30,429 bases of DNA. Source: an uncultured Alkaliphilus sp. GTDB taxonomy: Bacteria; Bacillota; Clostridia; Peptostreptococcales; Natronincolaceae. The position numbers were made by a program, and so were the translations under genes. Under the pieces are notes generated by a model that saw nothing but the letters and a program-made list of their open reading frames with translations, had not been told where the DNA came from and ran no database searches. This document shows, piece by piece, positions 18,358 through 27,600 of this stretch (position 1 is its first letter; each line of letters begins with the position of its first letter). The stretch spans positions 1 through 30,429 of the forward strand of contig CAYOQX010000004.1 of assembly GCA_964406195.1 (NCBI GenBank), given 5' to 3'.

Positions 18358-18399
18358 GTAATTATAATATTACGAATATATTACAATCTGTAAATTATA

Positions 18400-18427
18400 T
18401 AAAGCAAATAACAGATTTTGCCGATAT
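18400..18427 (+). promoter_or_regulatory. sigma28/SigD-type promoter
   Basis: TAAA (18400-03), 16 nt, GCCGATAT (18420-27). Confidence 0.72.
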
Positions 18428-18466
18428 ATTACTAAAGGAGTGTCTTTAAATAAGGGGGGTCCCAAA

Positions 18467-19587
18467 ATGAGAAGAGTTATATTTAAAATAAATATATGGC
18501 TGATTATATTGTCATTAATGATAGTAGGTATTGTTGCGGTACAGCCGGTATATGCGACAGGCGTAGGAGAAGTGGAGGTCCAAAATTTATATAAAAATCA
18601 GGGTTACAGATATTTTCCCAAATTACCTAATGTTTCTGTAGATAAATTTTTTACAGTGAGTTTTTCTGAACCGATTAAATATGACACTATAAATAATAAT
18701 AATATTGAGCTTATAGAAAAACAAACCGGCGAGGATACCAGTTTAGTATTTGAAAAAATAGATGATGAGAAGGTAAGGGTTATACCCCAGCAATCTTTAA
18801 TAAAAGGAAAAAGTTATTATTTGATTATACACAACAGAATAAAAACAATGTAAACATACTAGAAGACAAAATGACATTATCTAATATAGATATAAATGGA
18901 GACATATACATATCCGGTGACAAGATTGTGCTTGAAAATGTAAATGCAAAGGGTACCATATATATCAATATAGGAAGTAAGGGCACCATACTTTTAGATG
19001 GGACAACAGCACCAAGGGTAGAAATAGTGCCGATAGTATATGCTATAAGTCCTGAAGACATTAACATTACTATAGAGAGCAGTAAAATAGGAACATTGGA
19101 GGATTTAAACATTCCTAGTCTTATAATCATAGACAATGATACTAAAATAGATAGATATTTAACAAATGTTACTGTAGATGAGCAGGAATCAAATCCGGAT
19201 TCAGGTGTAACTCAGGCGGTATATTTCAATGCTTTGCCGCCGGAAGTAAAAGCATTAAATAATACAAAACAAAGTTTTCAAATTTTAGTGCAGGTTACAG
19301 GTGCCACATTTAAGGAAGATTTAGATGGTTTTAGTTATGACAGGGCATTTAGAGTAGTCAGTGCGCCTACCGGTTTTGGTGTAGGTACATTGTCTAACGG
19401 GAAACCGGATGTATGGGCTGTGCGCAGGGTAAGTCCTAACATATTGAAAATAAGAATAGACGGAAGGTTTCCGCTGTATTTAGACGACAGAATAATATTT
19501 CAATTTAGTGAAAATGCTTTAAATGAGAGGGATAGAAATATTAAGCTTGAAAAAGATGTTGTATTTGTAAAATTGTTGGCAAAGTGA
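18467..19587 (+). pseudogene. Secreted SbsA-type Ig-like domain protein split into two frames (18467..18853 and about 18830..19587)
   Basis: RBS AAGGGGGG before ATG 18467; signal peptide; VSVDKFFTVSFSEPIK...VRVIPQQSLIKGKSYYLII (Big_5-like). The second frame is open upstream of ATG 18871 (QQNKNNVNILEDKM) and has no clear RBS. Two intact genes cannot be excluded. Confidence 0.55.
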
Positions 19588-19602
19588 AGGAACCTCGTTT
19601 TT

Positions 19603-19874
19603 AGATCCTTCGCGGGCCTCGTTTTTATGATCTAACCCAATCCGACATTCAAGTCTTTCAAATACAGCATCTTCCATCTGTTAGCATTTTTATTAAATCA
19701 AAGGTATCCTATTTATTATTAATTGAATGTTGGATTGATGGTAGGTCAAATGCAACCAAACATCAAATTTGCACAACCGAAGGGAATAAACAAATTTGCA
19801 ATGTTTGACTGCGATACTGTCCGTATCAGGATGACAACACCGAAGGTGTCATTCTGAACGCATGTGAAGAATCT
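19603..19874. repeat. REP-like doublet whose long unit is split by a 195-nt hairpin-rich insert
   Basis: AGATCCTTCGCGGGCC (19603-18), insert, ATACTGTCCGTATCAGGATGAC (19814-35), AACACCGAAGGT, GTCATTCTGAACGCATGTGAAGAATCT (19848-74); a further degenerate short unit lies at 19921-19942. Confidence 0.8.
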
Positions 19875-19971
19875 TTGTTGGTTATTCATTTATCGTGGTA
19901 TAAAAACAATATGTGTAAAATTTGAACGCAAATGAAGAATTCCATTAAATAATCCAGGGGGGAACCACAAC

Positions 19972-22900
19972 ATGGCCATAAATACAAACAAAAAAAAGAA
20001 CATAACAAATCTAGCACTAATATTTTTCATTATTTTTAATATATTCATACAATTTCCCGAACCCGGTTTTGGGCAATCGGTTAACGCTGTAGATTTATAC
20101 GTAAGGGCCTTTTCAGATAAAGGCGAAATATTGAAAGGTACAAAAGATATAGATTACGATATATCCTATATAAATTTACTTTTTGATACGGATTTTAAAA
20201 TAAAAGAAGCAGATTTAGCTAAGATTGAAATCATACAAAATGGCAGGCCGGTATCACTAAACAAAGAAAATTACAAATTTTATGTAGATGGTACAAACGG
20301 TGTTATAGCCATTACATTAAAACATGGGCCTCCTGATAAAACTCATATGCATCCGTTCAGGTTAAGGCCGCATACTTTATATAATATTTATATACCGGAA
20401 GGTATATTGCAAAATAACGAAGGGAAATACAATAAAGCTATTTATCATACTTTTGTAACCAAAGCAGAGCCTGGTAATACATACGCAAATGACATTCTAA
20501 AAAGGACAAAACCGGCACATAATGATATAGAAATAAATTTTCAAGAAGGGAAAATAGAATTTGAATTTGTAGATGATGTAAAACTGGTTGATGATTTTGA
20601 GAAAAACAAAGGCCAGTACTTGGAGATAATTTCAGAACCAATGGATCCCGGTATACCTTCTTATAATATGCCCCCAACATATCAATACACAGAAAACATA
20701 GATAGCTTTGACGTATATACTTCCGGAAATAAACTTGTACTCAAACACAAAAATGGTGCATTAAAAGACTTTGCAAAATATACGATCAGGCTAAAAGACG
20801 AGAGTTTATTTCTGAAAAATAGTGAGTTTTCAACCGGTCCAAATTCTAAGATATTTAATGCTGCCGAAAGAGGGGATATGAGCTACGAAGAAATAGTTTT
20901 TTATACAGATAACATGTTAGAAGAAACATATCCGAGAAACAATGCGGAAAATGTAGAAGTAGAATCTACTATAGAGTTTAGGTTCAAATATCCTGTTGAA
21001 TTTATAGATATAATTGAAAACGGAATTAAAAAATTAGGTAAAAACAAAGTAAAAATTTCATCAGATGGGAGAGAATTTGTTCTAGATGAAGGTGATATTT
21101 ATTTAAGTACAAGACCGGGAACTAATGATACTGTTTTAGTACTTAATGTTAATGATCATGAACCTAATAAAATATTTCCATTAAGAAGACATACAGTATA
21201 TAAAGTAACTATAGAAAAAGGAGCAATACGGTTTAAAGACTATTGGGATACAATTAATAATGAATCTATTTCTAATAAAGAAATTAATTTATATTTTATA
21301 ACCAGGGGAGAAGGAGAGTTCCCTGTGCCCATTGCCTATACATCAGCAGATAAGTATGGAAAAGATAACAAAGACGATATACGTTATTTAAATCATGATG
21401 ATAAAGAAATAATAATGCCGGAAGATAAGGTAACAGAATTAAGTACAGATGGAAGTATACTCATACATTTTGACAGGGACATACAAGCAGATAAACAAGC
21501 GAATATAGAACTGGACAAAGAGGGTGGACAATCCTTATTATTGGGTTTAACAAGGCTATATAAATTGCCTAATGCCTATACTATAAAATATGATAGTAAA
21601 GGCGAGGTTTATGATGAAAAAGTAATATATAAACTTTATAATTTCGATAATAAGGGAAAAAAAATATTTCCCAGAGATGAAAGAGCGAATATGAATAATA
21701 TCATAAATAATATTACAGTAAACGATAATATTTATGATATAGATAAATTTAGAATTCTAGAGGATTTAGGTTCATTGGATGTTTTTATTGGCAAAACAGA
21801 CCCTCTATTTATGGATGAGGTTTTGGTAGGAAATGTAGAAATTATAAATGGAAATATATTGAAGGTAACACCTAAATATGAACTTGAAGCATTAAATAAA
21901 TACGCACTATGGATAGATAAAAGAGCAATAGAAGATAAAAACAGATATAATATGGAACATAATTTAAAGCTAACTTTTTGGACAAAGACGGACAATAAAA
22001 ATACAGTTGCAAAATGGTTGAAACCGGAAGACACTAGGGCAGAGAATATAAAAAATCCCGAAAAAATCGAAGATATAAATAATTCGGATGAAATTGAAAA
22101 TATTAAAGAGGATTCCCATGCTCCCTACAAATCTTACACCTTATATGGGGTGCCGCAATATGGTCCAGGGGTGCCTATAGTATTAGATTTAGATAAAGAA
22201 GTAATACCAAGGGCACAAGACGATATTTTAGAACAAATACCGAATGATGCCAGAAACACTAGAAGAATAAGTTATGATGCATTAAAGGAGATTGAATTAA
22301 TAGATGTATATCCAACAGAAGTCAGTATTGAACAAGCTAAAAATACTAAAAAGGAAGCTTATAAAGAAGAAGCAAAACAAATAACAAGACAAGAGGCAAT
22401 AGACAAAGCAAGAGAAGAAGCAATAAAAAATGAAGAAGAATTTAGCGAGTTTGATTTTGATGATAATAAATTCGATGAAGATTTTGAAGAGATATATGAT
22501 GATTTGTTTGAAAAATTGTGGGAAGAAAAATTTTTAGAAGAAGAAAAAGCAAATATAGAAAAGGAGCTTGAAATAGATCAATATGAATTTTTCTATTATT
22601 TTGAAGATGGGGTTAAAAAGACAAAAATATATTTATATCCAAACAAAAAATTACAGAGAGGGAAATATTATAGATTAGAAGTTCCAAAAGATACCTTACA
22701 AACTAGGTCTGCTAATGATGTTGATGTATTATGTGTAGACTTTGTTGTGGAAGGTAAATGGGATAGTGATGATAAGGGAGTTTACTTTGCCGTAAATAAT
22801 CAAGTCAAAGTAACAGATATATGGTCTGAGAGGGAACATGTATTTAAAATATTTGGTCATAATTTTCATGAAAAAGTTGAGAAAGTGGAGCTCGTGCCTT

Positions 22901-24465
22901 TGGAGGGTAGAGTTACGGAAACCAGTCAGGGTGAACCTGTAGTTATAGAAAGAAAAGACATAGAATTTAGAAGCGTAACAGAACTTTGGATAAAAATACG
23001 GGGGGAAAATGCCAGAAAATTATCTACAGAGCCGTATACAGGTAGTTATAAAATAAATCTTTATTTTAAGAAGACAGATGGAACTTTAAAGGAATTAGAA
23101 GGTGAATTCGATTTAAAATTTTATGTAGTATCCAAAGGTCATCCCAAAATTTTACACAAAGAACCGGAAGGCAATGCTGACAAATGGTTTAATGAACACA
23201 ATTTGAGTTTAGAAATCAATCCCAAAATCATAAACGGTATAAAAAGATATTTCCTAAAAGTAACCTTTGAAGACATAGATGGTGAATTAATCTTTAACGA
23301 TACAAATGGAATTACAAATCTATTAGGAAGTGCAATATTATCTTCTAATTCTACGGTTAATTATTTAGATACAGATTTTTTACAGCAGGTATTATCTAAT
23401 CCTTCATTAATGGAACATATTTTTAACAAAGATAGAATAAAGCGAGAAGCATATTTATATATTCCTGTAGAACTTTTGGATCCACAGGCTACATATCAAG
23501 TTATTATTCCGGAAGGAGTAGTGGCTAATGATGCTGCCGAATCAGAAAGATATAATGAGTCTATACAATGGTCATTTACTACCAAGGCTGTACCTTCTGT
23601 TACAGAAGATGACATTATAATACAAAGTGTAATAGAGAATTATAATTCAGATGTACCTTTGATCATATACGGGGACCTGTTTTATGCGCCTACTGTGGAA
23701 GTTTATTTTAATGATATAAGGGCAGATTATGTTAGGCTGGTTGAAACCGAAGATGGCGAAAGATATTTAGAAGTATATCTTCCAAGCGGTAGGGACAGAT
23801 TAAGAACCGGGTTATACAACATAATTGTACAAAATAGTGAAAACCATCAGGTAGAGACTTTAGGCACTTTAAGTGTCGTACCTAGAGGGGGGCACATTCC
23901 ACAGGAAGGGATACGTATAAAAGAAAGCAACAGACGTGAGGAAGTAGTAGAAATAGTAGCTAGAAGTGAAGATACTTTAACTTTAAATAGATATGGCACA
24001 GATAGAAGCATAGAATTAGATTTAGATGAACTTATGGGTAATGATACATTAGTTAGGAAAATTCAATTTTTAGACGGTAGTAGTATAAGAGAACTGTCAA
24101 CTTATTCAAAATGGGCAAATGTTGATATTTATAATATTAGAGTATTGGGCGGCAGGAGAGAAGAAAATACCGTATATGTAGGTCGTACGGAAGCATTTTT
24201 AGCAGACAACTTAAAAAGAAACTTACAAAATTACAATATAAAATCCGATATTATTCAAGTAATCGGTGACAATGTGGTTTTTGAAAGCATATATATGGAG
24301 ATTCCATATACAACCGGGAACGAAAATAATTTCAAGGTTCTAAGATATGACCAAGCTTTAAGGAGCTGGACAGAAGAAGGTTTTTATATTAATAATATAG
24401 ACAAAAAAGTCATAGTTACAAGTTATAATCCGGGGATGTTTGTAGTAGTTGAGCCTAAGTATTAA
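19972..24465 (+). CDS. Large secreted protein with SbsA Ig-like repeats, an IPT/TIG-like domain and a C-terminal beta domain
   Basis: 1497 aa; signal peptide; repeated xxP..N...V..xxxIxFxF...LRxHTxYxIxIxxG units; IYGDLFY...GLYNIIVQN IPT-like segment; no SLH or LPXTG motif seen. Confidence 0.85.
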   Translation: MAINTNKKKNITNLALIFFIIFNIFIQFPEPGFGQSVNAVDLYVRAFSDKGEILKGTKDIDYDISYINLLFDTDFKIKEADLAKIEIIQNGRPVSLNKENYKFYVDGTNGVIAITLKHGPPDKTHMHPFRLRPHTLYNIYIPEGILQNNEGKYNKAIYHTFVTKAEPGNTYANDILKRTKPAHNDIEINFQEGKIEFEFVDDVKLVDDFEKNKGQYLEIISEPMDPGIPSYNMPPTYQYTENIDSFDVYTSGNKLVLKHKNGALKDFAKYTIRLKDESLFLKNSEFSTGPNSKIFNAAERGDMSYEEIVFYTDNMLEETYPRNNAENVEVESTIEFRFKYPVEFIDIIENGIKKLGKNKVKISSDGREFVLDEGDIYLSTRPGTNDTVLVLNVNDHEPNKIFPLRRHTVYKVTIEKGAIRFKDYWDTINNESISNKEINLYFITRGEGEFPVPIAYTSADKYGKDNKDDIRYLNHDDKEIIMPEDKVTELSTDGSILIHFDRDIQADKQANIELDKEGGQSLLLGLTRLYKLPNAYTIKYDSKGEVYDEKVIYKLYNFDNKGKKIFPRDERANMNNIINNITVNDNIYDIDKFRILEDLGSLDVFIGKTDPLFMDEVLVGNVEIINGNILKVTPKYELEALNKYALWIDKRAIEDKNRYNMEHNLKLTFWTKTDNKNTVAKWLKPEDTRAENIKNPEKIEDINNSDEIENIKEDSHAPYKSYTLYGVPQYGPGVPIVLDLDKEVIPRAQDDILEQIPNDARNTRRISYDALKEIELIDVYPTEVSIEQAKNTKKEAYKEEAKQITRQEAIDKAREEAIKNEEEFSEFDFDDNKFDEDFEEIYDDLFEKLWEEKFLEEEKANIEKELEIDQYEFFYYFEDGVKKTKIYLYPNKKLQRGKYYRLEVPKDTLQTRSANDVDVLCVDFVVEGKWDSDDKGVYFAVNNQVKVTDIWSEREHVFKIFGHNFHEKVEKVELVPLEGRVTETSQGEPVVIERKDIEFRSVTELWIKIRGENARKLSTEPYTGSYKINLYFKKTDGTLKELEGEFDLKFYVVSKGHPKILHKEPEGNADKWFNEHNLSLEINPKIINGIKRYFLKVTFEDIDGELIFNDTNGITNLLGSAILSSNSTVNYLDTDFLQQVLSNPSLMEHIFNKDRIKREAYLYIPVELLDPQATYQVIIPEGVVANDAAESERYNESIQWSFTTKAVPSVTEDDIIIQSVIENYNSDVPLIIYGDLFYAPTVEVYFNDIRADYVRLVETEDGERYLEVYLPSGRDRLRTGLYNIIVQNSENHQVETLGTLSVVPRGGHIPQEGIRIKESNRREEVVEIVARSEDTLTLNRYGTDRSIELDLDELMGNDTLVRKIQFLDGSSIRELSTYSKWANVDIYNIRVLGGRREENTVYVGRTEAFLADNLKRNLQNYNIKSDIIQVIGDNVVFESIYMEIPYTTGNENNFKVLRYDQALRSWTEEGFYINNIDKKVIVTSYNPGMFVVVEPKY

Positions 24466-24474
24466 AAACAATTG

Positions 24475-24635
24475 CGTCATTCTGAAAGGGACCGGGGGAC
24501 TGGTGCAGTAACCCATTGAACGATTGTTGAACTATCGTTAAACTGTTGTTGAACTATTGTTTAACCATTATTATATACTGTCCGTCCCAGGATGACAACA
24601 CCGAAGGTATCATTCTGAACGCATGTAAAGAATCT
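24475..24635. repeat. REP-like composite containing a 5 x 11-bp tandem array
   Basis: CGTCATTCTGA (24475-85), array 24516-24570, then 24575-24635, which is 57/61 identical to 19814-19874. Confidence 0.85.
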
Positions 24636-24686
24636 CATTTTATTATTTATTAGCAGGTCTGAACATTAGACAAGGGGGCGATCGGT

Positions 24687-27600
24687 GTGAAACAGTTGAA
24701 AAAAATAACTAGTGGTGTATTTAAAAAGGTTATAAGCATAATTTTAGTTTTGATAATGGTATTGGGAATTATGCCATTAGAAGGATTGTTTAGTTATGCG
24801 GATGATGAACCTCAAATTAATAATATTATAGTAAATAAAACCTATGAAAATCCAAGTGAACTAGGAACTTATTATATAACATTGCTTGGTAAAAATTTAG
24901 ATAAAGCAAGTGTACGAATAATAGATAGTGATGGAAATTTGGCTACACCTAAAAAAAGTTCTGAATCTACCTCAAATGTAGCACAATATACCTACCATGC
25001 AGCTGAAATAGGTGAAAAATTGTTTATAGGGGAATGTTTTTATTCACTTGGCGAAGAAATTATGCCTAGAATAACTAGTATATTGAATGAAAAGGAAGAT
25101 GGCAAATATAAAAAAGCTAGTGATAATATATTAGGAGAAGGACAAGATGCTATATTATATGGAGATGAAATATCTAATTTAAAAAAAAATAATAATGAAT
25201 GTACAATAAAGGCTTATTTTGTACAAAGTACAACTGAAATTCCAATAATAGATGATGATATTAAAGAAGAGGGTTTTATTGAAGAAAATGGTATTGAAGA
25301 AACTATTACTGAAAGTAATCCCATAATCAGAAAAAATTTAGGTACTTCATTAGGTAGCTATAGTCTTGTATTTAAACAAGAAATCGAGGAACATGGTGTT
25401 AATATCTCAATAGAGCATAGGTATAAAAATATAGTGAATAAAAGAGGAAAATTAAATATAACCGGGAATGTTTCAATGTTTCCAACTAAAGGTCCTGCAG
25501 AGACATTAGTAACTGTTACAGCAGATACTATAGAATCAAATATAAGTGTATTTCTCATGAAAAAGGGAGAAAAATATAAATATACTAAAGAAAATATGGT
25601 TTTAGATGACACTATAAAGCATAATAAAGATAACAATAAAGAAAATATAAGTTTTGTAATTCCAAAGGGAATAAAAAATGATAAATATGAAATAGTATTT
25701 ACAAATAAAGTATCAACTCCTGATGGAGATATAGATTCTCAAATAAATAAGTATAAAGTATTAGGAAATAGTGATGATGAAGAAAATTTTATTCCATTGG
25801 AATTTATAGTAGTTGATGGAAGGAGTTCAGTTGAATTAAGAGGCATAGATCCTTCTTGCAGTTCTATAAAAGGAACTGATGCAAAAATACATGGATTAAA
25901 CATAATAAGAATAAGTAATAATTTATATGAAGGTGGGAGATTAGATAGTTCAAACATAGCCTCTGATGGAGTAAAAGAACTTGAACTTACATATAAAGAC
26001 GGACAATATGATGGTAAAAAAGTGGATACTATAACTAGAAGGATAACAGTACAAATAGGAAGCAATGCTGCTATTATTGGTTATCAGTCTGTTGGAGGTG
26101 ATGTTTATGATTATCTTGATATTATAGTACCTGAAATTGATGATATGGAAAAGCCAAAAAAGGACGTTATAATTATTATAGAAGATAAAATAGAATTTGA
26201 AGATGAAACAAGTGTAGAATCAGTAGAAAGAGATATCATTGCAGGTGGATTTATTTATAAAGAAATCGACTATGAACCAAAGATAACTAGTGTAGTTCCA
26301 AGTATAATTTCTGTTGATAATTCCAATAAGATAGCAAAAGACATTGTAATTTCAATTACAGGGGAGAACTTCTTAAAGTATGGATATTTAGAAGATGGAA
26401 AATTAAAAATAAAGACACCGGAAATTAGTATAAATAATCAGGATGGGTCTAATAAATGGTTTGATAATGAAAACATAAGAATTTATGATAAAAACGGTAT
26501 AAAGCTAGAGGATAAATTAGAAGAACAATTAGGAAACATTGTAAAAATAAAGATTAAAAAAGGGAGTGATATACCGGATGCTATAATAGATACTACTGTA
26601 TCCCTACTGAAATTACAAAACCCACTTGCAGTTGAATCCGATGGAGATAGGGGTGCTAGCGATACTTGGGACATAAAGTTTGTAAAAGTTTCATCAGATA
26701 AGACACCAAGTATATCAGAAATAGTTCCAAACATCGTAACAATAGATGGAGAAAAAGATGTAAAAATAATTGGAGATAAATTTTATCCGGGGGTTAAGAT
26801 ATATATTGATGGTGAGGAAATAAAGAACATAAAAAGAAATGAGACCGGGACAGAAATAGCATTTGACGCTCCACCTAAGCCAGAAGGTTATTATCAAATA
26901 ATTGTACAAAATGAAGAAGGCGGTTTGGTAACTTATAATGATTTTCTTTATGTAAAAACCTATACCGATCCTAGAATTACAGATTTCAACCCTAAAAAAG
27001 GAACAGTAGGAACTTTAGTAACTTTAACAGGTGAGAATTTACTGCCACCGAACCCATCAGTGAGTGAGTTGGATGGTATAGGGATACACAAAATTATAGG
27101 CACAAGAGTGCTTTTAGGTGGAAAAGATATAAATGAATATAACTTAGAAGACGACAGGATTATATTAAAGGACTATGTAGTATCCGAGGATGAGGGAGAC
27201 AATATAGATAATATAGTCGAGATTAAAGATGGGAAACTTCAGTTAGCCGATTACTACCATAGTATTATTTTGCAAGAAAAAACTGGTGATAATTCTGACG
27301 GCTCATATTATAAAATATATTTTGATACCAAATTAGGAAAAATATTGTTGACTGATGGAGACAAAAATATATATGAGTTGCTGGTAAAGGATAGCGATAT
27401 TTATGGTAGAAAAGCAGGGCAGAATGAACAAAAATTGTTCATTAAAGACGGAGAGGTTACAATAGGTAATGGAAATGATGGAAATAAAAAGATTTTAGTT
27501 ATGAAAACACCTTATAAAACTAGTATGGTAGCAGAAAAAACAGGTAATGGAGAAGAGGTTGAAAAGAAAAAAATAACTGGGAACAGAGTTAAAGTGTTAA

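Noticed and set aside
16347-24465. Diversity-generating retroelement template/variable repeat pair
   Set aside because: Differences between relic and intact gene are not adenine-specific, divergence is too high, and there is no reverse transcriptase in the window.
8977-24635. CRISPR array from the recurring about 27-45-bp repeats
   Set aside because: Copies are dispersed, inverted and degenerate, with no regular repeat-spacer period and no cas genes.
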